In this document: positions 51,538-64,000 of the stretch, piece by piece | How positions within the stretch are numbered: position 1 is the stretch's first letter | Layout: the number at the start of each line of letters is the position of its first letter | Origin: Eledone cirrhosa | Lineage: Eukaryota | Assembly (NCBI GenBank): GCA_964016885.1 | Contig: OZ024743.1 | Coordinates: 367,536,001-367,600,000 of the forward strand | Direction: 5' to 3' | DNA length: 64,000 nt | The notes under the pieces: generated by a model | Told to the model about the DNA's origin: nothing | What the model saw: only the letters and a program-made list of their open reading frames with translations | Database searches by the model: none | Translations under genes and position numbers: made by a program

Positions 51538-52265
51538 TAATAAATAAATAATAAAGTTATAATGAAGATGATAAAAAATATATAAATAAATTGTATATGT
51601 ATGCGAAGAAAAGTGAACATAATATGATTGTTGAAAATAGTTGTGATGTTGGTGGTTAAAATATAAAGATGTGATGGTATAAACATGAAAATATTAAATA
51701 TATACATATATGTATTGGTTAAATTAATAAATTGGAAGTTACGTTAGAAGTGAAGAGAATACGATAGGATATCATGTAAGAGGTGAAATAGATTTAGGGA
51801 AAGAGAGTGAAAGAGAAGAGTTAGGAGGTTATGATGTTGATTCATTGATTAGTTGATTTATTGACAGTTAATAATAACAACAATGGGTTAATATAATAGA
51901 CTCAGGTGGTACAATTTGAATTATGGAATTGGTGGGTCGAATCAAGTTGGTTTGAAATTAGCGAATTTAGTAGCTGCTTTATGCCTACAGAAAATTGACC
52001 ATTCAAGCAGCATTTTGTCATATTTAAAAATATATATATGTATATAAAATATATATGTATATAAAATATATATATTTTTATATAGAGAGAGAGGTAGAAC
52101 ACTGGAAGGTAATATCTGTAGTGGTAGAGCACTCAGTTCATGGGACGAGTTAGGTAGAAGTGGTAACACAACAGTTAGTTCACCATACTGAGAACAATTG
52201 TTTCAGGTGAAATAATTGTTCTCAGTATGGTGAACTAACTGTTGTGTTACCACTTCTCTCTCTCC

Positions 52266-52305
<40 letters not shown>

Positions 52306-53032
52306 GTAGAAGTTATATTTAATTTGTTGGGATACAACAAGAAAATATTTTTATAACTGATATAAAGCACTCAACAAATTTTTGGAGTAAAAAATACAAT
52401 ATATTAACAAATATCCACTATCCGGGAGCTTCCAACCGACATGGTCGCATTCTTTAAGGGTATGTCAATATTTGTTTATAAAACTGATCTATATTATATT
52501 TTATCTGATGAAAGCGGACCATAATCTGCTTTGGTGTCCTTGAAATATGTATAATGAAATAAATATGGTTTTATAAATATAGTTTCCTTTTGTTAATATA
52601 TTGTATATATATATATACATATATATATATAATAGCAAAGATAAAACTAAATATACAAAGCTCAAATGTTTGTAGAGAATTATATATGATAGTATATAAT
52701 TGCCACGTCTTTTCAGAATTAGCTCAATGTGTTTATATATTATATTTGATTTTTTAGGGAGAAAGAGTTGTAAATGCAGACATAAACACAGAGCAAATAT
52801 AACCAAATATGCAGATGGAAAAAATTAGCTTTTATATCATTTTTAATTCCTTACATGTTTCAAGAAAATTGTACATCCAATTATTCTGATAATGTTAGGT
52901 GAAAATTTGTATAATCAATGATATATAGGTATTTGAACTTCTCCATTTTTGAAGGAATAAAAAAACAAACATTTTAAATTGAAGCAGAATGTATCCAAAA
53001 TTCAATTTGTACCTTAGATAGGATGGGGAAGC

Positions 53033-53076
<44 letters not shown>

Positions 53077-53209
53077 TGGCATAGCGAGTGACTAAAATAT
53101 GAAAATTAATGGCTTTTTTCTTCGTCACTTTAATGACACTACTTTTCCTAGTATTAAAAACAGAAAATGTATTCAAAAACAAAAAACTTCTTACTAAAGG
53201 ATATACACT

Positions 53210-54750
53210 TATATCATCATTTAATGCTAGAATAGTTTGAATGAGTCACCATAGAGCATGTCAGCATTCAATCAGACAGGCTGGGGGATGTATCTTGCTT
53301 ACAAATGTTCCTATTCTCTACAGAGTGCACTGGATGTATATTATCATGACACTAGCACTAGGGTGGTTGCTGTGCCCTTGACAGAAGTGAAGAGTCCTTT
53401 CAACCTTATACTTGACAAGTTTTCTGCAGCTGGAAGTTCTTGGTAACATCAACCACTTTACAGAGTGTATTGGGCATGTTTTATTAATTATAGCACCGGC
53501 ACTAGGGAGATTGCTGTACCCTTGACACAACAAAAGGGTCCTCTCAACTCTTTTGGTATGGCTTTTATGGTGTGATGCCCTTCTTAACACCACTTTAGAG
53601 AGTGTACTGGGTACATTTTATCATGATACAAGCACTAGACAGGTTGTTGGTCATTGACTCAACTAAAGTAACTTCTCTATGCTATGAGGGGCAGGGAGCA
53701 GGTGCTTTGTCCCAACACAGCATACATAGGGAGTAAAAATGAGAATAAGAAGGATGGCAAATATGAAGATATGGGTGTGTGACAATAGATGGGAGAATAA
53801 AGACAGTTGATGAATATGTTGTCATGTTTGCATGACAAGTGTTGTGGGATTTGACAGTTTGAAGTGAGGGAGACTAGGAGTGGGAGTAATTAAGGATAAA
53901 GTAGGAAGTGGAGTGATGATCTGGGTAGTTGCTAAAGAGCAATGGTGTGGGAGAGTATGGATGAGTGAGGCCAGGTCACATCCACAAATGAAGGTGCATT
54001 AGGGATGGGGGCAGCTTCTATAGTAGAAATGAAGGAGGGGACATTTTGTTTTTATAGGTAGGGCTTCTCCAGTACTGCATGTTACCAGTCATCATAGCCC
54101 TTTATCATCTCTGTCATGAGGTTCAGCTCCCTAAGGTTGTCTCTCACTACCTGATCCAAAGTCTTTCTATGTCTACTTCTTTCTCAGGTCAGTTGTAATT
54201 TTTCATACATGTCCATACCATACACTGGATTCTTCTTATGCCTAGATTTTTTCTCAGTTCACTTATGCTATACCATTAGCACACACTGACATTACACATC
54301 CACAAGAGTATACACACTTTATTTCTATCTAGCTCTTGCAGATCTTCTAACCACTATATGTGAGGGTTGGCTGAAAAGTTCATAGGCTGATTATGAAGGA
54401 GTGATGCAAGAGCTGTGAAATCTTACATACATTAATTTCAACTCTTCTCATTAATAACCGTATTGTTTCTTTGAAAAATAAACCTAATTTGGTAATTCTA
54501 TGAGAGTATCTTGGTCAGCCAATGAACTTTTCAGCCTTTGAAATTTTCAGCTGACCCTTATAGCATTGTAGTTCACATGCAAGCATCATACAGTTTACCC
54601 TTCACTCTAAGAAAGACGCCCTTTGTTGTTAGCAGAGATACTAGTTCTCTAAGCTTATTCCAGCCTGTTTTTACTCTAGCTACAACATTCTCTGAATATC
54701 CTCCTCCAATGCTGATTAAGTCACCTAAGTAACAGAAGCTGTCAACCACA
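53210..54750 (-). mobile_element. Old RTE-X 3' fragment with repeated 3' UTR
   Basis: VVDSFCYLGDLISIGGG..ARVKTGWNKLREL..KGKLYDACM, plus decayed UTR repeats. Confidence 0.65.
54361..54559. mobile_element. Mariner-derived MITE nested in the RTE-X fragment
   Basis: TIRs GAGGGTTGGCTGAAAAGTTCATAGGCTGA and TCAGCCAATGAACTTTTCAGC..TGACCCTTA|TA, with no ORF. Confidence 0.7.
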
Positions 54751-55166
54751 TTACACACACACACAGACACACATGCACACGCACACACACACACAAGCAC
54801 ACATATAAATGATATCTTCACCTCCATTTGTTATTTGAAAAAAGAAAACTGACTGGCACTATGCCAATTCCATTTAAAACATCATCTTATTGTAACTTCC
54901 TTCTGAAATTTGTATTTTCACCTTGTTAGTTACTATAACTGCAGAACTGAACCTACACTGAAATAATCACACCCAATATCCACCACCCACTGTGATATGT
55001 TAGTAGATGGAGACGTCTCACAGTGCATAAAGACAAAAGACAACATTCCAGATTTTAGTGAGTAAAGCTGACTGAATTTGACAGTAATACATGTCTGGTA
55101 CTTATGTTTAAATAGTTTTATCTGTTAGTCATAGAGGTGGTCTAATTGGTGTAGATTATTATGCAA

Positions 55167-55356
55167 TGGGCGGTGAATTGGCAGTATCGGTAGAGGGTCG
55201 GACATGCTTTCCAGCATAGTTATGTCCCTTTATGATCTGAGTTTAAATCCCGCCAAGGTTAACTTTGCCTTTCATCCTTACGGGGTCGATAAAATAAAGT
55301 ACCAGTAATGTACTGGGTAATTGCTGGCCTTGTGCCAAAAGTAGAAACAATTATTA
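55167..55356 (+). mobile_element. Meta-like tRNA SINE
   Basis: Head ggcggtgaattggcagtatcggtagag, box B-like gagtttaaatcc, gcctttcatccttacggggtcgataaa core and gtagaaacaattatt tail. Confidence 0.82.
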
Positions 55357-55656
55357 TGCAATGGGATCATAGTCACTGCAGATAATAATGGATATTGTTT
55401 AATGTCTATTCTTATACAGAAACTGCATAATTTGACAGCTACAGCTTGAAAAATTCTGTCCACTCCATACTCATATTTATAGTGAGTCAGGGGTTGGGAA
55501 ACATGGATGACGTCTGAGGTAGGGATTATGGAGGATGTCTGGGTTCTAGAATAGACATTAAGTTCATGATTGGCTTTGTTTTTATGAATGTATTATTTAT
55601 GAGTCTGGAATTCGATAGTTTCATCCACTAGATGTCTTGTTTATTGTTGTTTTTTT

Positions 55657-55712
<56 letters not shown>

Positions 55713-56205
55713 TAACACATGATAAACGATGATAATGATGATGATGATGATTATATATCATAACATGTTTTTTCTCATACAACTGTCTTCCTCTATTCTT
55801 AGAGGTCACATGGCATGGCATGATAGCGTAGGACTGTTAGATTTATTATCGGAGCAATACATGCTAGTATGCACACATTAATGACCTATGTATTGAGTTG
55901 GGCGTTAACCTGCTGAGGGGGCTTAATGCAATTGCCCAATTGTGTAATATCTGCTAATATACGCAATTTCTGCACACTGCAGTTTTAATAACTGTTGTTG
56001 GGCAGAATATTGCACATAAATGGAATCCATCCAGGAACTAGATACATAATGTATCTTAAACACAGCTACTACACTCACCATATAACTATCATGTGTGCAC
56101 TCTGAACATCGAGATGCAGTTTCGTAACTGCAACCGTATTATCTCATTGAGGAAGTGAGTCATGAATGGAGATTGCTGAAATAACATCAGTGGCTATCAT
56201 AAACC

Positions 56206-56240
<35 letters not shown>

Positions 56241-56248
<8 letters not shown>

Positions 56249-56760
56249 TAAACAAATAATGAATAAAACAATGAAACAGTTCCTTATATTAAACAAAAAA
56301 AGTTCATTATTTAACGATCGTTTCTAGGATATATATGTGTTAGAATTGGCATGCATATCCAACAGATCTTTTGAAATTTTGAATTTTGTTATTATCAATA
56401 AATATATTTCATTATTTCTGAAGACGGCATATGTGTGTGTTTGGTATGTATATTTAATCTTGATAGTTTGTATAATTTTGTATAATTTTGTACATAGATC
56501 TGTTGGATATGCATGCCAATTCTAACACATATATATCCTAGAAACGATCGTTAAATAATGAACTTTTTTTGTTTAATATAAGGAACTGTTTCATTGTTTT
56601 ATTCATTATTTGTTTAATATTTTATCTTGACTCTGTATTCCGTTTATCTTTCACCGAAAGTGATTTTTCATTACATCTCTTCTTTCCATGATATCCGGAA
56701 TACATTGAGTTCTTCATACGGATTGGATACTACCGTAAACTCTTGGTAGATTTATCTACA
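56241..56760 (+). mobile_element. Penelope-like pLTR with ~129-bp perfect inverted duplication
   Basis: Arms 56241-56369 and 56496-56624. The 56518-56757 segment recurs at 63266-63508. Embedded in (TA)n. Confidence 0.75.
56408..56562 (+). ncRNA. Hammerhead ribozyme with 116-nt stem II
   Basis: TTCATTATTT CTGAAGA [116 nt] GAAA CGATCG TT AAATAATGAA. Perfect 10-bp stem I and palindromic stem III. Confidence 0.78.
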
Positions 56761-56982
56761 TATATATATATATATATATATATAAATGACTTTTACAGGA
56801 CACTCCTGATGATTTTATATGAATGATACAGTTCTAGTCCTGTAGAAGTCATTTATATATATAAGAAAAAGATGCCTATACTCTACCAATGTATTGAATA
56901 GCTTCATTAACTGAGGTCACCTCCTGATACATATGTGTATCCAACTTTTGCAAGCACACACACAGACATCGATGGACAGACA

Positions 56983-57089
<107 letters not shown>

Positions 57090-57616
57090 TAGGGCATGAT
57101 ATATATAGAAGTATAATTCACTACTGATTGAGCATTTCTTTGGAGCAATGGTAGAATTTTGATGGTTTAGTTCTGTAAGTCTGTTCACCATTGTTTACTA
57201 CTATTTTCTTAAATGGTAATCAAGCATGGCAATTTTTATACTGATAAGCACATATAAAATATACTTCCACCAATATATTAGACAAGCCATATAGTACAAA
57301 GAAAAATAAGAAACTAGTAAACTAATAGACTAAACAATGAATAGTTATCTTGAGTGGTCGAAAAAAATAATTCTGCAGCTAAGTAGATGGCAAAGAATGT
57401 TCTTTGCTGCAAGTAGATTTCTTTGGCAACAAATGAAGAAAATAAAAGTTATCTGAAGGTGGTTGAGAGGTTTCAATTGAAGTTTGCTGTGTATTGAGGA
57501 AGAAAAAAATAAAACATTCTTAGCTCTAGAATAGTTTCTTCAGACAATATCTTCAGTGCTAATGGTGTAGTCATGATGAGTCATTAATTGCTTGTAAGAC
57601 GCCATAGCAACTATTT

Positions 57617-57654
<38 letters not shown>

Positions 57655-57658
<4 letters not shown>

Positions 57659-58219
57659 GGAAGCAGAAAATTGCTTTTTGTGATCCAGTTCGTGATTAAG
57701 AAAGCCAGTTTCATGGATGGTTTCAACGTACGGTTAGGGGTAACTCCACAAGTTTGTAAGAATTCCGTTCAATCTTGGAGTATAAAGTATAAAAGAGAAA
57801 ACACAGGTAAGCATTAAGAGAAGGATTTTATCCAGGTATTTACGACCGTTTCATTGGTAAGTGCAACCTTATATTGCTATACTGCAAATAGCAGCTATTC
57901 AATTATAATTGTTGTTCACAGTCCAAATTTTCAAAATAGTGAGTAAGTTACTCTTGAAATAATTCTTAATACATAGAGAAAAACATTTATTTAGAATTGT
58001 ATTTACTAGTATAGAGAGAGAGGAATCAGAAGGTGAGGGGACAAATGGAATAGTATAGAGAGAGAGAGAGGAAGGGGGGACAGTTAGGAAGTAGAGTGAT
58101 AAACTGAGATGGAGGGAGGGGTAGAGGTGGAAGATTCCTTGACCAGTTTTGATATTCAGACTTCATGTTGTGGAATGTAGTGAGTTAAAGAGAATTAAAT
58201 TGATCATAGTGGGAGGGAT

Positions 58220-58306
<87 letters not shown>

Positions 58307-59465
58307 GAGATATAAAGAGATAAATATATATATAAAAAATAAAGATAAAGATAATAATGACAAAAATAAAAGCAAAGAAGGGGGGAGAAAGAAGAAAAGA
58401 AAAAATAGCCAAAAGAGGGTGGGAAGGAAGGAAGAAAACGAAGAAATAGAAGAGGAATAAAGGAGAAGGGGGGAGATACAGGTATTGGTTTTTGTGGGTA
58501 ATTAAAAGAGTTTAGATACAACAAGAGGTTATAAAGTCTAAGTATATGCAGTTTGTCAGTTGGTAGTAAGAGGTTAAGGGTTCGATTTGCACTTGTAGTG
58601 CGAAAACTTCTCTTTGAGTCTATGGTTACAATAAATTGATCTTTCGATTTTATTGTTGAGTAACTTATTCTTCGAACTCAAGATGTGGAACAGATCAAGG
58701 TCGCATAATCGACAGAATATCTAATACACAACCACCTGCTAATAGGCAAACCAAACGTAACACACTTGTACAGGCATCGCAGCCCACCAATAATGCCAAA
58801 GTTGCCCACCTACCTGAAACCTGTGCATTACATAATGAATGTATGCAGTCTAACCTGGTTTACCAATGCACAGTGGAATCAGACAACCAGAAATGGTATT
58901 ACATCGGAGCGACTGGGAATATATTTAAAGCCCGTTGGTATACACACCGTTACGCAATGAAACATTCCCAGCATCGTTATGTAACTACCCTTGCAAACAA
59001 GACCTAGCAACTGAGGGAAAGTAACCATCAATACACCCTGAAGTGGAAAAAAATTATCGAACGCGCCCCCATATCGGAGTGGTATGAGGAGCTGTTCCAC
59101 ATCTTGAGTTCGAAGAATAAGTTACTCAACAATAAAATCGAAAGATCAATTTATTGTAACCATAGACTCAAAGAGAAGTTTTCGCACTACAAATCGAACC
59201 CTTAACCTCTTACTACCAACTGACAAACTGCATATACTTAGACTTTTTACCCTCTTGTTGTATCTAAACCCTTTTAATTACCCACAAAAACCAATACCTA
59301 TATCTCCCCCCTTCTCCTTCATTCCTCTTCTATTTCTTCGTTTTCTTCCTTCCTTCCCTCCCCTTCTTGGCTATCTTTTTTCTTCTTTCTCCCACTTCTT
59401 TGCTTTTATTTTTGTCATTATTATCTTTATCTTTATTTTTTATATATATATTTATCTCTTTATAT

Positions 59466-59509
<44 letters not shown>

Positions 59510-59918
59510 CATCCCTCCCACTATGATCAATTTAATTCTCTTTAACTCACTACATCCCACAACATGAAGTCTGAATATCAAAACTGATCAAGGAATCCTT
59601 CCACCTCTACCCCTCCCTCCATCTCAGTTTATCACTCTACTTCCTAACTGTCCCCCCTTCCCCTCTCTCTCTCTATACTATTCCATTTGTCCCCTCACCT
59701 TCTGATTCCTCTCTCTATATACTATAAATAAATGTTTTTCACTATATATTAAGAACTTACTCACTATTTTGAAAATTTGGACTGTGAACAACAATTATAA
59801 TTGAGTGGCTGCTATTTGCAGTATAGCAATATAAGGTTGCACTTACCAATGACACGGTCGTAAATACCTGGATAAAATCCTTCTCTTAATGCTTACCAGT
59901 GTTTTCTCTTTTCTCTTT
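57655..59918 (+). mobile_element. 5'-truncated Penelope-like element with inverted pLTRs flanking a GIY-YIG fragment
   Basis: Inverted arms ~57790-58693 and 59092-59912. Spacer translates TCALHNECMQSNLVYQCTVESDNQKWYYIGATGNIFKARWYTH..TTLANKT*QL..YTLKWK (GIY-YIG). Confidence 0.88.
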
Positions 59919-59949
59919 TATATATATATATATATTTTCATTTTCATTT

Positions 59950-60267
59950 CATTTTTACGTCCGCTTTTCTCTGCTTGCAAGGGTGGGACAGGAACTGATT
60001 CTGGCTTGATTTCTACAGCTGGATGCCCTTCCTAACACCAACCTCATTTACAGTGAGTGCTGGGTGCTTTTTTTCCGTGGCACCTCCATGACCACTTTGC
60101 AGTGGAATGATAGGGACCCCAGTCCCTATCATCTCATTTCTACAGCTGAGTAAACTAGAGCAATGTGAAATAAAGTGTCTTGCTCAAGGAAACAACACAT
60201 CACCCTGTCTGAGAATTGAACTTACAATCTTTCGATTGCAAGGCCAATGCTCTAACCACTAAGCCAT
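59950..60267 (-). mobile_element. tRNA-derived CORE-SINE
   Basis: Near-identical to 24860-25197. Confidence 0.88.
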
Positions 60268-60269
60268 AT

Positions 60270-61006
60270 ATATAAGTATGTACACGTACATACATATATG
60301 TATACAGACGTACAGTAGTATGTATATATATATACATACATGTACACATATATATATGTACGTATGGATTTACGTACATATATATATGTACGTAACACAC
60401 CGAGCATTATAATAAATGTTCGGTGAATCCATACGTACATATATATATATGTGTGCATGTATGTATATATATATATACATACTACTGTACGTCTGTATAC
60501 ATATATGTATGTACGTGTACATACTTATATTTAAGTAACAGCCGTACTAAGAGTGGGAAATGAAATTTCGTTTCATTTTTTCCGTTTATCGTTTTCAGTG
60601 CACCCGGCCGATTAACCCACTCGATATGCAAATTGGGCTACTCAGCCGTTAATATGCATAAGGTAAGTATATACTTTCAACAATCTGGCAGGAAGGTATA
60701 CGTTGCTGACGATAGCTAATAAGCTTGAAACTAGTACAGTGTTCCTTTGTCAGTGTTGAACAAACGAGCAACGATGGTTGCTAGACACTATGGCTTAATA
60801 CGGGATGTTTGTTTACAAACACACCGAGCATTATAATAAATGTTCGGTGAATCCATACGTACATATATATATATGTGCATGTATGTATATATATATACAT
60901 ACTACTGTACGTCTGTATACATATATGTATGTACGTGTACATACTTATATTTAAGTAATGGCTGAACTAAGAGTGGGAAATGAAATTTTGTTCCATTTTT
61001 TCCGTT

Positions 61007-61009
<3 letters not shown>
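60270..61009 (+). mobile_element. Non-coding PLE/retrozyme-like unit: inverted plus partial-tandem repeat around an HHR
   Basis: Direct repeats 60394-60589 and 60818-61009 (424-bp period), with an inverted partial copy at 60270-60370. Confidence 0.65.
60676..60760 (+). ncRNA. Minimal type I hammerhead ribozyme with extended stem I
   Basis: ACGTTG CTGACGA T-AGCT AATA AGCT-T GAAA CTAG TA CAGTGT. Stem I extends through CTGGCA/TGTCAG and TTCAACA/TGTTGAA. Confidence 0.85.
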
Positions 61010-61043
<34 letters not shown>

Positions 61044-61054
61044 ACATATATATG

Positions 61055-61106
<52 letters not shown>

Positions 61107-61129
61107 CTTATATATATATATATATATAC

Positions 61130-61473
61130 AGGATAACAAGTTATCGTAATAGGCAATCCACTTACAGGTAGTCCAGTTAGAGTACTCCTTGTTGTGGATG
61201 GTATTAACGTATGGCTTAGTTTGACTCAACAAGACGCTTCCATAGTGATGCAGCGAGTTCGCGGTGATTTCTATGTAGGTTATACTTGGAGTAATAATAA
61301 TTCAAGAAAGAACGCTCTGATGAATTGACTGGTTATAAACAAAGTATTGGGGATCGATTGACGCAACATTAAGCGATTAGCGAGCTCTAGACCTACCAGA
61401 TCCAAAAAAACAATTGTCAGCACTGTGAATAAAGCCCTTATTGTACAGCCAACCATGTTACTCTTCTTTCTTG

Positions 61474-61480
<7 letters not shown>
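61130..61480. mobile_element. Rearranged pLTR fragments with a degenerate HHR at 61312-61421
   Basis: 61130-61300 matches 28151-28315. CGCT CTGATGA..aAAA CAATTG TC AGC has lost GAAA. Inverted ends taattcaagaaagaa / ttctttcttgaatta. Confidence 0.6.
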
Positions 61481-61511
<31 letters not shown>

Positions 61512-62096
61512 GAGCTTCTACAGGACTAGAACTGTTTTATTCGTGAGAAATCATCAGGGAACTGGCTGTCCAAGTAAGTAGTGGTATTTATATCTTTTCT
61601 TTTGTGGTGGTAGGAGAGGGTGGGGATTGGGATGGGCGGAGGTCATTGGTTGAAGGATTTAAAGAAAAGGGAGTTCATTAAAAGCTAATTCTTTAAAGCT
61701 ATAGTATTAACAAAGGCAGGAAGAATACTGTAAACAAAATCATTTTTGGAATACCAATCCTAGTTTATCACTTAGACTAACAATGCCTGTATGACAGGTG
61801 TCTACAGGATGGTTGGAGTTCAATGGTTTAAAGAAAAGGGAAATTCTTTAGAAGCTAATTCTTTAAGGCTGGAATAAGCGTGACAAAGGCAGAGAGGATT
61901 CCATCAACAGATTCAAGTGTTGGGGTGATTTGTCTTATTGTGAAGTTTCTCTTAATATATATTCCAGGTGTCAACAAGCACATTCACACACTCGCCCACT
62001 TACACACGTACACATACATACACGCACGCACACACAGGCAGGCACACACACAACAAACATACATAAGGTACATTCACGCATACACATATACAAAAA

Positions 62097-62706
62097 TATG
62101 GTGGCTGCCAACTCGTTTTCGAGTACGGCCACTACTTTATATCCATGTAGGAGAACCCCTACCGATGCGCTGAACGAGTGTGACTTTTGAGTCCAGCCAG
62201 CGACTTGAAAACTCTGGTACAAACACTACACTTGTGACAATTATTGACACATAGTGCTGGGCCCATGGTACCATGTGACGACAAGTGCAGAGAGATCTCC
62301 AGATATAAAGCAATGCCTGTGCCATGAAGCTTTTATAGTGAGCAAAGGCACTGCACAAAGCCAGTCCCACTCTCTTAACCAAGATGATATTTACCAAAAA
62401 GAAGAACAAGTCAACATCATTGGATACCATCAGGGTTGCAGGTGTTATATCAGAGTTTTCCTTCTCCTAGAATTCTGCCTTGACAAAGGCTAAGGGGTCA
62501 TCTCTCCCGGTGATTTTGGATGGCCATTGACTCTTAAGAGCTCCTTTGCCCTTTGACAGGTTTTGTTTTTAGTCCTGCAGGATGTCCAAAGTCACCCTCC
62601 TCACCAAGAAAACTTGGTGGGGTTGCCAGTTTAGTCGCCAACGACCCGACCATGAAACAGGTTGTACTGGGATACATGTTACCAGTAGCACCAACTGGTG
62701 ACCTGA
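62097..62706 (-). mobile_element. RTE-derived non-autonomous element
   Basis: Homologous to 47439-48035 at the 5' (gtaacatgta.cccagtacaacctg), middle and 3' (ggcagccaccat) blocks. Confidence 0.78.
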
Positions 62707-62972
62707 CATAAATAATATGCACATATACATACAAAAATATACACATATATATACACATATATAAAAATATGTGTACATACATACGTGCACACACACACAC
62801 ATATATACATATACATATATATATATGTATACACACACGCTCTCATGCATTCACACGCATACACACATTCAAATGTACACATATACATACATATATACAC
62901 ACGTACGCACATATATATACATACATACACACACACACATATATATATATACATATATACATACATGTATAC

Positions 62973-63023
<51 letters not shown>

Positions 63024-63218
63024 TATATATACATACACATACATACACATATACACACATACACACACATATATAAACACGCACACACACACACACATAT
63101 ATATATATATCTAGTTTGAAACTAAACACCATATTTGTACTGCCTCTCTGTTTTCTGTTCATATAATAAACTACATATATATATATATATACACATATAT
63201 ACACATAGACACACATAC

Positions 63219-63265
<47 letters not shown>

Positions 63266-63267
<2 letters not shown>

Positions 63268-63508
63268 ATTCTAACACATATATGTCCTAGAAACGATCGT
63301 TAAATAATGAACTTTTTTTGTTTAATATAAGGAACTGTTTCATTGTTTTATTCATTATTTTTTTAATACTTTATCTTGACTCTGTATTCCATTTATGTTT
63401 CACCGAAAGTGATTTTTGAATGCATCTCTTCTTTCCATGATATCCGGATTACATTGAGTTCTTCATACGGATTGGACACTACCGTAAACTCTTGGTAGAT
63501 TTATCTAC
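63266..63508 (+). mobile_element. pLTR fragment (copy of 56518-56757, 3' half of HHR only)
   Basis: Near-identical sequence including GAAA CGATCG TT AAATAATG. Confidence 0.75.
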
Positions 63509-64000
63509 TATATATACACATATATATATATATACACATATATATAAATATATATATATAATATATATATATACACACATATATATATATATATACACAC
63601 ATACACACACATATACATACATATATACATACATATATACATACATATATACACACATATACATACATATACAAATACATACATATATACATACATATAT
63701 ATATATATGTATATATATATATTAGTAAAAAGGAAAAGAAAATGCTGACAAATTTTTCCCAGTGAAAAATAGTTTAATTAGGAATAAGTATAAATTAGTA
63801 ATAAGTATTAGTTTTAAGTTTTTACCGGTTTCTAATGCTTTTCAAAAATAATTTTGAGATAGAGCGCTCGTGATTTTTGCTATAATCTGATCAGTTTTGG
63901 AAAATCTTCCTGTTTTATGTGAAATAAGTGGCTCCAGAGGTATTAAGATTTGGTTGGTTGTTGAATGTCACGTGAATAAGCACTATAAATTTCACACCAA

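Larger units (their letters stand above)
51165..52256 (-). mobile_element. Penelope-like element 3' portion (pLTR and C-terminal ..FCRH.. remnant) with terminal hairpin
   Basis: pLTR homologous to 28150-28500. KMLLEWSIFCRHKAATKFANFK near 51950-52020. Near-perfect ~48-bp-arm hairpin at 52157-52256. Confidence 0.65.

Noticed and set aside
60900-63725. Many overlapping YI/CV/HT-rich ORFs (also near 21410, 25378, 51360, 56876, 58149)
   Set aside because: Stop-free microsatellites, not genes.

Overview
AT-rich, microsatellite-dense animal genomic DNA whose repeat families (CORE- and Meta-type SINEs, RTE-X LINEs with (GAT)n tails) suggest an octopod cephalopod (inference). The only host gene I can support is TMEM245 (minus strand, two exons at 5202-5555 and 3326-3456). 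Everything else is a stack of transposable elements: a full-length decayed mariner, a near full-length Tx1/L1 LINE, a CRE-like LINE, about 8 RTE-X LINE copies (one with a ~740-codon open RT), RTE-derived non-autonomous elements, Helitrons (one composite unit present twice) and many Penelope-like (PLE) fragments. The most striking signal is about 14 hammerhead-ribozyme (HHR) motifs in PLE terminal repeats from several unrelated families. Many have a non-canonical U.U or C.A pair closing stem II and a very long (60-116 nt) stem II. Most intact cores lie antisense to the host gene. All calls were made by eye; no searches or folding programs were run, and TE boundaries are approximate.
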